Notes under the pieces: generated by a model | What the model was told of the DNA's origin: nothing | What the model saw: only the letters and a program-made list of their open reading frames with translations | Database searches by the model: none | In this document: one piece after another, positions 49,792 to 60,239 of the stretch | Numbering within the stretch: the stretch's first letter is position 1 | Layout of the letters: the number at the start of each line of letters is the position of its first letter | Program-made: the position numbers and the translations under genes | DNA from: an uncultured Verrucomicrobiota bacterium | GTDB taxonomy: Bacteria > Verrucomicrobiota > Kiritimatiellia > RFP12 > UBA3636 | Direction: 5' to 3' | Assembly: GCA_949285835.1 (NCBI GenBank) | Contig: CASEAR010000117.1 | Location: 302 to 64,301 of the forward strand | DNA: 64,000 nt

Positions 49792-52700
49792 ATGAAAATT
49801 AAAATTAAGGGAACTGCAAAATTTCTCCTTTGTACGGCCGCGACAATAGCGATGCTGTTCGCAATTACACAGCCTTGCTGCGCTGCACAGCAAGACATCT
49901 ATAATGTGGCAGTTTTGCCGTCATGGAACAACCATCCGCATTCCAGGGAATTCGACTTTGCATTTCAACAGTACGGATACTCATGGACCAACCTGCAGGA
50001 ATCCGCTCAGCAGATGGATTGGCTTGACGCGAACCTTGATAAATTCGACATGCTTTTTGCGCCATGCCTTTTTGGGTATACTCCGGACAATTCCGCTCCG
50101 CCATTCGATATGACAAAATACGCTGGACATATCCGGCAGTGGATAATGCAGGGAGGTAGCCTTTTCATAATAGACGCAAACTACCCAAAAACTCTCGCCT
50201 GGTTAAAATCCATAGACAAATCACTCGAGGTATCGTCAGAGAAATGTGACTATCTTGGTCCTGCCGTTGCAGAGGAACCGCTTGACTCAATCCTGTTTCT
50301 CCCCAAACAAGCCGAATACACTTTTTCATGGAACCATATGACCGTCCCCGATCAGGAAAAGACAGGATGGAAGATAATCTCAAGATGCGGACACGGGGAT
50401 CCGACATTGATGATCAAGCGACTCGGAAAAGGAATAATTCTCATAACCGTAGGCCGTAACTATATACCGGAATTTATCGAAAACTTGAGAGTAAACCAGA
50501 ATCTGCAGTCATTCAGCCTCGAAATTCTATCTTGCAACCTGCCGGACGTCATCCCCGGAACAAATTCATTTTCTGTAGTCTGCAAAAATACTTCTGAAAA
50601 GAAACTGCATGGGAAACTTATTCTTTCTGTTACGAGCTTGGACGAAGACGGAAATCCGTCAGGGACTCCCGAGATTTTTTCCTCTGAATCAGAAATAGCG
50701 CCGGGAACAGCCGGGGAATTCAAGCTCGAATGCCGTATATCGATGCGCGGACATGTTCGGGCCGAAATGAAACTGGTTTCTGGAAATGCCGAGGGCATCT
50801 GTTTCGATAGAGTTCTTAAGCTGCCGCCGCTCTTTTCTATCACAGGAACCGCACACCGCGGATTGGTGTCGGAAGCCCGGCGCTTCCCCTACGTGAGAAT
50901 CGGAGCACAGGTATACCCAGACAAGACAGATCAGACGGAATTATCTCTTCGCATATCAGTTACCAACAGCCGCAATTCATGCGTCGGAAGCGTACAGGCT
51001 CCCGCTCAGATAGGATCCTTTATGGTTCCGGTGGAAGTGCCTAAAAAACTGCCGGCAGGAAAATACTCAGTTTTTGGAGAGCTGCTCGATAAAAACGGCG
51101 CTGTTATATCGTCATCCACATCGCAATTTGAAGTGGTTCCGGTTACGCCGGGACAAACACTTTTTGACGAAGATTCGGTTATGCTCCGCGAGGGACGTCC
51201 GTTTTTCCCCGTAGGAATTTATCACATAAATGCCGGATCGGGCCCATATACCAGTGAACTTGGGAGAATTGCCGACATCGGCTTCAACATGGTGCAAACG
51301 TTCAGCTGGGCTGGAACCTGGCATATAAACGAAATTCAGAAGCATGGACTTGCCACACTGTGGGAGCAGCTTCCGCATAGAACGCCGGAAGCATGCGCCA
51401 TTCAGGGAGAAGTTTTAAGCACACACCCCTCCACCCTGATGTACTACACCATGGATGAACCGCCGCAGTCGCTGTTCGACTTTGTAAAGCAGCTTGATGA
51501 CGCATGGCATCAAGCGGATCCGTTTCATCCCACATATGTCGTATCGTACCAGCCGCATCAATTTCATAGAAACGTATGGCTGAGTGATGTTCTGGCTCCA
51601 GATCCTTATCCCTATTCAACAAAAAAGGGTGAAGAGTCCCCAATTACGAATGTATCAAAATGGATGGATTTGGCTGGCGAGGTTTCCGGATGGAGCAGGC
51701 CCTACATATGTGTGCCGCAGTCCTTTGGTAAAGAGCCTCCCCTGATTTGGAGGAATATGGCATTTCAGGCAATTGTCCACGGAGCAAAAGGCCTTATCTG
51801 GTACCCATGGAATGATGGCGGAAAATCTGGAATGCGATGGGATCCGGAGCTTTTGCGTGAAGCGGAGATACTAATACCACAAATCAACGCGCTCTCCCCG
51901 GCAATACTCAACCATGATCCGCAGCCGAGGAAATTTACTGACGAAAACTACGATATACATGCCATGGTATGCCGCAATCCGGAAACGGGAACCTATTACG
52001 CAATTTTCGTAAACACTGCAGCAACGGCTGTATCCGCAGACATTGAAATACCGGAAATACCGGGGAGTCTGGATTTTGTCGAAGGTATTTTCGGGACACC
52101 GAAGGCCTCCGTTTCAAACAGTGTTCTGTCACTGTCTTTACCGAAGTTTGCAACCGGAATTTATTTCTGGGGCGGGCCCGCACCCGTGCTGGAAAAGAAC
52201 GCGAAGGAATTCGCTCTCGGCAAACTGCCGCCCAGAGCATCCGGACGGACGATTAAAGTGGTCTCTTCTCAAGGGACGGCCGCCGTGCCTGCCGGTGCTT
52301 ACACAAATCTTCAGGACGCTATTGACATCGCCCGTCACGGCGACGTCATCTCCGTTGGACCGGGCGTCTATTCTCCCATAGTGTCGGAGAACAAACTTAT
52401 TGATATTGTCGCAGAGATTCCGGGAACAAACACCGTTATTGATGCATTTTCAAATGATCGCTGCGCCACGCTCTCGGTTAAAACGTACGGAGACATGACA
52501 GCTCAGACCAATACGCTGCTGCGGGGATTCGTACTGCGCAGCGGCAATGCTTCCAAGAGCCGCCACCGCAGCACAATGGGAGGATGCGTCATAGGCGGTA
52601 CACTGGAAGACTGCAGCATCGAGCGAGGTATTGCACAGTACGGAGGCGGCGCCGCATACTGCAATATCTCATCAAGCAAAATTTTTTCCAACCGTGCATC

Positions 52701-54015
52701 TTTGAACGGAGGAGGAGCATACCTCTGCCGAGTATCTGATTCCGAGATCTATGGAAATTCCGCGACTTTTGACGGCGGGGCGTTTGAACTGTGCAGCGCA
52801 TATTTTTGCGAAATTTTCAACAACAACGCCTCGCGCGATGGAGGCGCTATGCACTTCAGCGCCGCAGAATCATGCAAAATACGCGGGAACAGCGCACGAA
52901 GGAACGGCGGAGGAGGCGCCCATTCCAATATTCGGAACTCAATTGTCACCGCCAACAACGCATCAAGAAACGGAGGAGGGGCTTTCGCGGGCACAATCGA
53001 ATTTTCCACTCTGTTTTCCAATACAGCCGCGGGCAAAGGCGGCGGTTTCTCTGCCCTTGATTCCTCCCACGGATGGGGTGCAAATGTCGGCGTGACAGAC
53101 TCCATAATCTGGAGCAACACCTCGCGGTCGGACACCAACGAAACCGCGTCAATATACAACATCTCGTCCGTCACAAGATCATGCGTACAGTCAACGCCGG
53201 GGTCTGCAGCCATCCGAGGAGCAATAACAAATAATCCCTCATTTATGAATCCGTCCATTTCCGATTTCAGGCTCAGGCCGGATTCGCCGTGCATCGATAT
53301 GAACACAATAAAATCCGGAACACCTGTACAATACGACCCCGACGGAAAGAAACGTCCCGGCGGAGGCGGTTATGACGCAGGCGCGTACGAAGCCGTTCCG
53401 GCAAATTTCTATATCGGGGACTGGGAATTCGACGGCTCTGCATTCAATGCGATCAGGAATAAACCGTCTAAGTTCACAGCCGCTGAAAAACAGATTCCAT
53501 TGCCAAAATTAAAAGACGGCGCACTGGTCTTCGATGGTTCCTCTGCCGTTAAAAGCGCAAGAAGCCTCTCTTCTTTCGGCACTAACCTGAAATGGTGGTC
53601 AAAACTTCGATTTTCAATCACTTTTTCCGACGCCAAATCCGGAACACTTCTCTACGTTCCGAAAGGGGCCGACGGCGGGCTGTGGGCCGAAATCGACAAT
53701 TCAGGCAGACTGCGCGTCACGTACATACTGGGGAACGCCAAGGACAACAACAAAACAGTTCTTGTCTCCGGACAAAATGTCGCCGGAGGCAAAAACATAA
53801 CCGCCGTTATTGAGCTCTATAAATTCGGCGACGATAAAACAGTCTTGAGCGCAACCGTAAACGGCAAACCGGCGGAGCAGATATCTGCCCCTGAAATAAA
53901 AACCGCGTTCAGTCTTCCCTCCGGGAACTTCTTTCTGGGATGCAAAGACGCCAGGCAGCGCAACTTCTTCCGGGGTGTCGTAAATTCATTGAAAATCGAA
54001 TTGGACGCAGAATAA
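49792..54015 (+). CDS. giant secreted multidomain protein: GATase1-like/TIM-barrel glycoside-hydrolase-like N-terminal half, Pmp-type (GGA, FxxN) parallel beta-helix repeats, C-terminal LamG/ConA-like domain
   Basis: Signal peptide MKIKIKGTAKFLLCTAATIAMLFAITQPCCA with GAAAGGG SD. About 10 repeats of the form F/I-x-x-N-x-A-x-x-x-GGGA (FSNRASLNGGGAY, IYGNSATFDGGAF, IFNNNASRDGGAM, IRGNSARRNGGGGAH, VTANNASRNGGGAF). C-terminal DGALVFDGSSAVKSA... jelly-roll. Confidence 0.75.
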   Translation: MKIKIKGTAKFLLCTAATIAMLFAITQPCCAAQQDIYNVAVLPSWNNHPHSREFDFAFQQYGYSWTNLQESAQQMDWLDANLDKFDMLFAPCLFGYTPDNSAPPFDMTKYAGHIRQWIMQGGSLFIIDANYPKTLAWLKSIDKSLEVSSEKCDYLGPAVAEEPLDSILFLPKQAEYTFSWNHMTVPDQEKTGWKIISRCGHGDPTLMIKRLGKGIILITVGRNYIPEFIENLRVNQNLQSFSLEILSCNLPDVIPGTNSFSVVCKNTSEKKLHGKLILSVTSLDEDGNPSGTPEIFSSESEIAPGTAGEFKLECRISMRGHVRAEMKLVSGNAEGICFDRVLKLPPLFSITGTAHRGLVSEARRFPYVRIGAQVYPDKTDQTELSLRISVTNSRNSCVGSVQAPAQIGSFMVPVEVPKKLPAGKYSVFGELLDKNGAVISSSTSQFEVVPVTPGQTLFDEDSVMLREGRPFFPVGIYHINAGSGPYTSELGRIADIGFNMVQTFSWAGTWHINEIQKHGLATLWEQLPHRTPEACAIQGEVLSTHPSTLMYYTMDEPPQSLFDFVKQLDDAWHQADPFHPTYVVSYQPHQFHRNVWLSDVLAPDPYPYSTKKGEESPITNVSKWMDLAGEVSGWSRPYICVPQSFGKEPPLIWRNMAFQAIVHGAKGLIWYPWNDGGKSGMRWDPELLREAEILIPQINALSPAILNHDPQPRKFTDENYDIHAMVCRNPETGTYYAIFVNTAATAVSADIEIPEIPGSLDFVEGIFGTPKASVSNSVLSLSLPKFATGIYFWGGPAPVLEKNAKEFALGKLPPRASGRTIKVVSSQGTAAVPAGAYTNLQDAIDIARHGDVISVGPGVYSPIVSENKLIDIVAEIPGTNTVIDAFSNDRCATLSVKTYGDMTAQTNTLLRGFVLRSGNASKSRHRSTMGGCVIGGTLEDCSIERGIAQYGGGAAYCNISSSKIFSNRASLNGGGAYLCRVSDSEIYGNSATFDGGAFELCSAYFCEIFNNNASRDGGAMHFSAAESCKIRGNSARRNGGGGAHSNIRNSIVTANNASRNGGGAFAGTIEFSTLFSNTAAGKGGGFSALDSSHGWGANVGVTDSIIWSNTSRSDTNETASIYNISSVTRSCVQSTPGSAAIRGAITNNPSFMNPSISDFRLRPDSPCIDMNTIKSGTPVQYDPDGKKRPGGGGYDAGAYEAVPANFYIGDWEFDGSAFNAIRNKPSKFTAAEKQIPLPKLKDGALVFDGSSAVKSARSLSSFGTNLKWWSKLRFSITFSDAKSGTLLYVPKGADGGLWAEIDNSGRLRVTYILGNAKDNNKTVLVSGQNVAGGKNITAVIELYKFGDDKTVLSATVNGKPAEQISAPEIKTAFSLPSGNFFLGCKDARQRNFFRGVVNSLKIELDAE

Positions 54016-54115
54016 CCTGACTCGCAGACTTCAGGTGCGGGTATGAAGCGATCTTTCCATAAAAGACTCTCTCATCCCGCACCTGTTTTCCCTGCAGTCC
54101 GGCATAACCGGCCGG

Positions 54116-55291
54116 TTATGATACACGGCACAGTATTCCTTTCAGGTACAGCCCCTCCGGGAAAGACATCAGTACAGGATGATCCGGTGCCTGAGTATAG
54201 CGGCCGATCATACAGACATCGCGCCTCGCATCCAGAGCCGCATCCGATACGACTTTCTGGAAAAGCTCAGGAGAAACGCCGCCGGAACATGAGAATGTGG
54301 CCAGAAGACCACCGGGCCTGAGCAGTTTTATCGCCAGAAGATTGACGTCCTTGTAAGCGCGGCATGCGCGTTCCGCACCGGAACGGCTCGAGGCCAGTTT
54401 GGGAGGATCAAGAATCACCACGTCAAAACTCTCACCGCGATCCCTGTAGAACCTGAGCAGAGAAAACACATCCGCACAGACGATTTCGGGGCACGGCAGC
54501 CCATTTGCCTCAGCGTTCCTTGCAACAGCATCGACGGCGCTGCGGGAAGAATCAACTGCGCGTACATATTCCGCCCCGTGTTTCTCTGCACATAACGAAA
54601 ATCCGCCGTTGTAGCAGAAAAGATCCAGAACTCTCTTTCCTCCGCAGAGCCCCGCGACGCTTTCCCAATTGTCGGCCTGATCAAGGTAGAATCCCGTCTT
54701 CTGCCCGTTGACTATGTCTACCGACCACTTCATGCCGTTTATGCATATTTCAACCGGATCCGGGATTCCGCCGGCAAGCGCCCCGCACTGCGGAGACAGT
54801 CCCTCTTTTTCCCTGGCTGGAGAATCCGACCTCTCATATACAGCGCATTCCGGGAAAACCGACGAAAACGCTGATGCTACGACATCCCTCATCCGCTCCG
54901 CTCCCGCGGTGAGCAGCTGTACACAGATCACATCCCCGTACCTGTCTGCCACGATACCGGGAAGGCTGTCAGATTCCCCGTGAACGACGCGTACAGCGTT
55001 ATGGCTGACCCGGTTCCAGCGCCCGGCACGGAAAGACCAGGCGCGGGCAATTCTTCCAGCAAAAAAGTCCTTGTCTATTGTTTCCCCGCTGCAGAATGTA
55101 AGGACACGGATTGATATCTGAGAACGTTCCGAGTAGGTACCTCTGGCAAGAAAATCGCCGCCGGAAGAAAAAACGTCCGCAATACACCCGTCGGAAACTT
55201 CCCCGGAAACTCGAGACAAAGCGCCTGAATAAACCCACGGGTGCCTGTGCAGTACAGACTTTTCCCGTCCCTTTGCAAGAACCGCCTTCAT
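54116..55291 (-). CDS. rlmI: 23S rRNA (cytosine1962-C5)-methyltransferase RlmI family (PUA plus class I SAM MTase)
   Basis: MKAVLAKGREKSVLHRHPWVYSGAL PUA N-terminus characteristic of RlmI/RlmK. SAM-binding VLDLFCYNGGFS, D/NPPK motif ILDPPK. Confidence 0.8.
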   Translation of the reverse strand: MKAVLAKGREKSVLHRHPWVYSGALSRVSGEVSDGCIADVFSSGGDFLARGTYSERSQISIRVLTFCSGETIDKDFFAGRIARAWSFRAGRWNRVSHNAVRVVHGESDSLPGIVADRYGDVICVQLLTAGAERMRDVVASAFSSVFPECAVYERSDSPAREKEGLSPQCGALAGGIPDPVEICINGMKWSVDIVNGQKTGFYLDQADNWESVAGLCGGKRVLDLFCYNGGFSLCAEKHGAEYVRAVDSSRSAVDAVARNAEANGLPCPEIVCADVFSLLRFYRDRGESFDVVILDPPKLASSRSGAERACRAYKDVNLLAIKLLRPGGLLATFSCSGGVSPELFQKVVSDAALDARRDVCMIGRYTQAPDHPVLMSFPEGLYLKGILCRVS

Positions 55292-55325
55292 ATTTCAGCT
55301 CCGCCCCCAGATAGGCATGCGACAG

Positions 55326-56501
55326 CTACATCGCCACGCTTTTCGTCATCCCAATCACCGGCAAAAGAACTGCCAGAGCAACTATTAGCACAAATATGCC
55401 GACCGCAGCGATCAGCGCCGGCTCCAGAACCGACATGCGAATGGACAAAGATTTCTCCCAGACTCTGGATGCACGCCCGGCAGCTACGTCCAGCATCGAT
55501 GAAAGGCATCCGCCGGTCTCCCCCACCCGCACCCATCCTGACAGGTTTCGGCCTATCAGCGGGATCTGCGATATACACGCCGAAAGCTGCGCTCCATTCC
55601 TGATCTTGTCCGCCTGCTCGCATGAGGCCTTTTCCACCGCGGCTATGCCCGTGCCGCGCCCGGCCACCGGAAGAGCGTCGACAATCTGCATTCCGGACTG
55701 CAACAACACAGACAGTATCGACGCAAAACGCATTTCCGCCAGAGAACGCCCGGGAGCTCCATAGAAATGCATTGCAAACCGACTGTACATCATCCGTATT
55801 GACGGCTTTTTCTCCGCAACGCGCTTTATCGCGGTATGGGCAATTGCCGCAGCCAACGCTATAAAGACAAGGCATCCGACGGTCACCTTGGCGGCGGAGA
55901 CGGCAAAAACGCTTGAGGCAGGCAGTTCCAAACCGGCGGAAGCCAGCATCCGGGTAGTATTCGGAACAACGAAGCCAAGCATCACCGCCGCCACCGCAAC
56001 CCCGAGACACATCACAAAACACGGATATACCAGCGCCGAACGAATCTTATCCCGCACCCCTTCCTGAACATCGATAAAATCAGCAGTCCTAACCAGCATC
56101 GAAGACAGCGTTCCCGACTTCTCCGCGGAAATTATAGCGGCGATCTCAAAACTTCCAGCGCCGCCGAACAGTTCTGAGACAGCAGAAGAAAGCTCCACGC
56201 CCTCTCTTATCCGCCTAAGGATGGATTCCACACAGTCTGAACGGCCGCTTTCCGACTCGCGCAGGAGGATAAGCGCAGACTCCAGTGTAAGCCCCGCACC
56301 AAGCAACGTACCCAATTCCCGGTAAAACGCAGACCGCACCTGCGCCGGAACCGCGCCGGATTCCCGTCCGGCGCGGATGGTCTCAGCATAGATTCCCTCA
56401 TCGGCAAGAAGTTTCCGGGCTTGTTTTACATCCTGCGCATTTACAGTTCCGCGGCATCGTATACCGCCGACCTTGTATCCCCGGTAAACATAACGCGCCA
56501 T
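55326..56501 (-). CDS. gspF: type II secretion / type IV pilus platform protein (GspF/PilC family)
   Basis: 391 aa with two T2SSF repeats (..LGTLLGAGLTLESAL.. and ..LSVLLQSGMQIVDAL..) and 3 TM segments. No other T2SS genes in the window. Confidence 0.8.
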   Translation of the reverse strand: MARYVYRGYKVGGIRCRGTVNAQDVKQARKLLADEGIYAETIRAGRESGAVPAQVRSAFYRELGTLLGAGLTLESALILLRESESGRSDCVESILRRIREGVELSSAVSELFGGAGSFEIAAIISAEKSGTLSSMLVRTADFIDVQEGVRDKIRSALVYPCFVMCLGVAVAAVMLGFVVPNTTRMLASAGLELPASSVFAVSAAKVTVGCLVFIALAAAIAHTAIKRVAEKKPSIRMMYSRFAMHFYGAPGRSLAEMRFASILSVLLQSGMQIVDALPVAGRGTGIAAVEKASCEQADKIRNGAQLSACISQIPLIGRNLSGWVRVGETGGCLSSMLDVAAGRASRVWEKSLSIRMSVLEPALIAAVGIFVLIVALAVLLPVIGMTKSVAM

Positions 56502-56525
56502 CAGAAAACCCCATACCGTGAAATA

Positions 56526-57086
56526 TCAAAGCCTGCAGAGCAGTCCTGAAGCCACTTCTTCAGCAGTTTTCCTGCCTGCCAGCACCTCAACGAGGAACAA
56601 AGCAAACTTCATCGCGGTGGCCGGCCCACGGGATGTAATAATGTTGCCGTCGCGAACAACGTCCTCGTCCGGACAGTAGACCGCATCGGGGATCCTTCCC
56701 TCCATTCCCGGATAGCACACGGCCCTGCGCCCGGCCAGAACACCTGCCGCATGAAGGGCGACCGGAGAAGCGCATATCGCGGCAACGTAACGGTCCGAAG
56801 ACTGCGCGAACCGTCTCACGGCATCCAGTACCCGCCGGTCATCACAGAATGCCTCCATGCCTCCAAGTCCGCCCGGAAGCACCAGCATATCCGCATCGTC
56901 GACTTCCTCGCTGTTCCACATCTCGTCCGCCACAAGTCCGACTCCGTGAGCGCAGTCAATGTCTATTCCGCCCTCATCGTCGATGGACAACATCACGACA
57001 TGTATGCCCGCACGCCTGAGCACGTCCGCTATTGTGACAGCCTCAAGCTCCTCTGTTCCGCTCGCAACAGGAATAACAACCTTCAT
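56526..57086 (-). CDS. DJ-1/PfpI/ThiJ family protein
   Basis: MKVVIPVASGTEELE...LVLPGG...AAICASP with the nucleophile-elbow Cys. 186 aa. Confidence 0.85.
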   Translation of the reverse strand: MKVVIPVASGTEELEAVTIADVLRRAGIHVVMLSIDDEGGIDIDCAHGVGLVADEMWNSEEVDDADMLVLPGGLGGMEAFCDDRRVLDAVRRFAQSSDRYVAAICASPVALHAAGVLAGRRAVCYPGMEGRIPDAVYCPDEDVVRDGNIITSRGPATAMKFALFLVEVLAGRKTAEEVASGLLCRL

Positions 57087-57715
57087 TTGTCACCTCTTTT
57101 TTCAAACCGGGAATCAAAGTCAAGAAAAGTTCCACGGAGAAGTGACCGCGGACACATGGAATAGCTGAAAATAATCTCTCCGCCTCGCGGAACATAACCA
57201 TCGAAACTCACGGAAATCTCCGCCTCTTCCCCGCGCTCGAATTCGTATCCGTAAAGAATATCCGCCTGCTGCCTGTCTTTCTCCGAGATCGGTTCAAGAT
57301 GGCACTGCACATCGTAAAACGAGGCAAGCGCCACGTTGTCGGAGTCTCCGTAGCCAAAAATACCGCTAGTCTCCTTGCTCATCACGGACTTTGTCTTTAC
57401 GCGGAATTCAGCCGCAAGCTCGCCGTTCAGTATAAAGCGAACAACCCCCGTGAGCTTGTCGCCCACAAAAGCCGCGTCCTCCCGAGAAACGCCGGAAAAC
57501 AGCAAAGACATGCGCATATCTTTGGACCGGAAACGAATCTCCTTGAAAGCGCGCCTGTTCACGCCCGTATGCACCGGCCCGCCTTTCATCACCACGCCGC
57601 CGCGCCGCGTAAGCGGATTCCTGTACGTATCCCACGCACCCACGACAGCATCCGCCAGAAAAGGCAAAATGCATAGAACGACAACAACTGCCAGTATCTT
57701 GAAAAACTTTCTCAT
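57083..57715 (-). CDS. hypothetical membrane-anchored protein
   Basis: N-terminal TM FKILAVVVVLCILPFLADAVVG, then a soluble domain of unknown function. The stop overlaps the DJ-1 start (ATGA). Confidence 0.5.
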   Translation of the reverse strand: MRKFFKILAVVVVLCILPFLADAVVGAWDTYRNPLTRRGGVVMKGGPVHTGVNRRAFKEIRFRSKDMRMSLLFSGVSREDAAFVGDKLTGVVRFILNGELAAEFRVKTKSVMSKETSGIFGYGDSDNVALASFYDVQCHLEPISEKDRQQADILYGYEFERGEEAEISVSFDGYVPRGGEIIFSYSMCPRSLLRGTFLDFDSRFEKRGDK

Positions 57716-57719
57716 CGCC

Positions 57720-58823
57720 TCAGCGTTTTACGCGCCCCGAAGCGTTTCCGCTCATAAGGGAAACGACCTCGCCTACCGTGCATCTGTTATAATCTCCGTA
57801 AATAGAATGTTTCAGGCAGCTGGCCGCCACGGCAAACGCCGCAGCCTTCGCCGGATCAGAATATTCTTCGGTGTTGAGAGCGTATATCAGCCCGGCGCAG
57901 AACGAATCTCCGCCGCCCAGACGGTCCACTATGCTGCGTATCTCGTACGGAGCATAGGTTCCATCCGCAGACAACGGCGCAAAACTGGCATTTCCGCTAG
58001 CAGCCTCATAGAGCATCGCTCCCCAGTTGTTGTGATCCGCCGAGTGGCTCTCGCGCAGCGTTATCGCCACATGCGACGCCTTGGGGAACCGTTCGGACAG
58101 CGCCAAAGCCACGTTCCGGTATGCAGATACATTTATCCTGCCGGACTCCACGGAGGTGTCCGCCGCGTGTATTCCGAAAACATCCGCGGCGTCTTCCTCA
58201 TTGCCGATTATCACATCGGCCAGAGGCACTATCCGCCCCATGCAATCCGCCGCAAGTTTCTTCGGCTCCGTTCCTGCGCGCCATTTCCAGAGCTTTTTCC
58301 TGAAATTCAGGTCGCACGAAATCTTTATGCCGCAAGCCGAGGCCTTCTCCGCAAGCGCAAGCGTGGAAAGATATGCTTTCTCCGTAAGGGACGGAGTAAT
58401 GCCCGAAAGATGAAGCCACGTTACGCCATCGAGCATCGCGTCAAAATCATAGCCGTCCGGTCCGGTCTCCGAAACAGCGCTTCCAGCCCTGTCATACACC
58501 ACCGCGGAACCGCGCTGGTTCGACCCCGGCTCTGCAAAATATATTCCCAAGCGCCCGCCATCAGTACGCACAATGCGCTCCGTATCCACACCAAGCCCGC
58601 GCATCTCCGCAATGAAAGCGTCCACTATAGGATTTGCCTTCGGAAGCGCAGTAAGATACCTCGACCTCATGCCGAATTGAGCCAAACTTACGCATACATT
58701 AGCCTCTCCGCCCCCGAAAATCGCCTCTATCCGCCCGGGGAACGACTGAGAAAACCTGAGTTTTCCCTCAGGAGACAAACGAAGCATAACTTCACCAAAT
58801 CCCGCGACACAAACATTGTCCAT
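57720..58823 (-). CDS. PfkB-family sugar kinase (2-dehydro-3-deoxygluconokinase-like)
   Basis: GGGEANVCVSLAQFG N-terminal motif, C-terminal anion-hole GGGDSFCAGLIYAL. 367 aa. Confidence 0.75.
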   Translation of the reverse strand: MDNVCVAGFGEVMLRLSPEGKLRFSQSFPGRIEAIFGGGEANVCVSLAQFGMRSRYLTALPKANPIVDAFIAEMRGLGVDTERIVRTDGGRLGIYFAEPGSNQRGSAVVYDRAGSAVSETGPDGYDFDAMLDGVTWLHLSGITPSLTEKAYLSTLALAEKASACGIKISCDLNFRKKLWKWRAGTEPKKLAADCMGRIVPLADVIIGNEEDAADVFGIHAADTSVESGRINVSAYRNVALALSERFPKASHVAITLRESHSADHNNWGAMLYEAASGNASFAPLSADGTYAPYEIRSIVDRLGGGDSFCAGLIYALNTEEYSDPAKAAAFAVAASCLKHSIYGDYNRCTVGEVVSLMSGNASGRVKR

Positions 58824-58868
58824 ATCCGTAATCTTCCTCTATCCGGCAGGCACGACCGCCAAACAAAA

Positions 58869-58964
<96 letters not shown>

Positions 58965-59097
58965 GCAGAACTCCTCACAGGCCGCAGCGAGAGCACACCG
59001 CAACCCGTTCAAATGCGACTCAATATACACTAACATCTGTACGATATCAAGATAAAATGCAGACAAAACGCGCATGCGGCATGCCTGAGCATTTGCC

Positions 59098-60189
59098 TCA
59101 TCTGTGACCTTCACCGAAAAGCTTCCGCCACGTACGCAGCCTAACAAAAGCGTTTTCCTCGAGACTGCCCGCAAAAAGCCACACATCGGAAGTATGAAAA
59201 ACCCCCGCCCCCATCATTCCACGGGAGTCGTATTCACTGTTTTCCGGCAAGTCTACAATCAACGCGCCCTTCTCAGCATCCACCCTCGCGCCGCACAGAT
59301 TCCGGAATCGAGCAAAACGCCGCTCCGGCGCCTTTTCCCAAAAGCGGTAAAACACAGACTCCTTGTTCAAGTCACTGCCAGCGGGCGCAGAATCCGTCCG
59401 CCAGTTCAGCGGATTTATCACAAAAGTTCCCTTGCCGGAAAATACCGTCTCCCCGGCATTCGGGCTCTGGGTATTCCACACCACAACAACTCCCGCGCCG
59501 GACTCGTCAGACGCCGGCAGTATCCCGCTCGCGGACATATCCGAACGAATCCTGTCCGCAGATACGGATGGAAGGCCTATCAGATAAGCGGCTACAAATC
59601 CACCCGAAACAGACACGCACCCGCCCCGGCGAATAAGCTCATACAGATCCATCGCCCCCTGACTGTGCCCAAACAATATGTACGGGTTGCCGTTGTTCCA
59701 GTTTTCCAGATAGCTCCTGAACGCGAGAATTGTGTCGGAATATCCCGCGCAGAAGCCCTCCTCCGTCCGGAAATCGCTCCCGAGAGTCAGCGCTTTCATA
59801 CACCTCAAGAATTCCAGCTGACGGATTTTCGGCGCAAAGACCCGTACATTGGCCCCGAAAAGCCCAGTCTGCGCACAAGCAAAATCAAGAGCTTTGGCGG
59901 ACACTTCCGCGTCATCAAAGTCCATAAGAGGATTGTCTTTGTCTGAGACAAGAGTTGGATACACGTAGAAAACGTCTATGGCCGCGGTATCGGACTCACG
60001 CGTATCGGCAATAAGCCAGTTGTTGGTATTTGAATAGTCCGCCGCACCCTGACCGGCGCAAACCGCCGCCGTGTCCGGGCGGACAGGCAAAACCTCCGCG
60101 AGAGACGCATTCAGCGCGCATGCGGCCGCAGCGAATGCCAGCCGCAAAACCAACGCCGCCTTCCTGAACATCAATGACGTACCGTACAT
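59098..60189 (-). CDS. secreted DUF3089-like alpha/beta hydrolase
   Basis: Signal peptide AALVLRLAFAAAACALNASLA. Nucleophile-elbow GHSQGA. About 360 aa. Confidence 0.6.
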   Translation of the reverse strand: MYGTSLMFRKAALVLRLAFAAAACALNASLAEVLPVRPDTAAVCAGQGAADYSNTNNWLIADTRESDTAAIDVFYVYPTLVSDKDNPLMDFDDAEVSAKALDFACAQTGLFGANVRVFAPKIRQLEFLRCMKALTLGSDFRTEEGFCAGYSDTILAFRSYLENWNNGNPYILFGHSQGAMDLYELIRRGGCVSVSGGFVAAYLIGLPSVSADRIRSDMSASGILPASDESGAGVVVVWNTQSPNAGETVFSGKGTFVINPLNWRTDSAPAGSDLNKESVFYRFWEKAPERRFARFRNLCGARVDAEKGALIVDLPENSEYDSRGMMGAGVFHTSDVWLFAGSLEENAFVRLRTWRKLFGEGHR

Positions 60190-60239
60190 ACGAAATCCGT
60201 ATTATTTTCTGACAAACTCCGTCGAATCCTGCGGGAACT

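Noticed and set aside
49792-54015. Giant protein as a type I secretion substrate of the adjacent TolC/HlyD/ABC operon
   Set aside because: It has a clear N-terminal Sec signal peptide. It has no GGxGxD RTX nonapeptide repeats and no obvious C-terminal T1SS signal, so adjacency alone does not support this.
54036-54087. Hairpin GTGCGGG...CCCGCAC after the 1407-aa gene as an intrinsic terminator
   Set aside because: The loop is about 32 nt and the downstream T-tract is weak (CTGTTTTCC). This is low confidence, so it is not listed as a feature.
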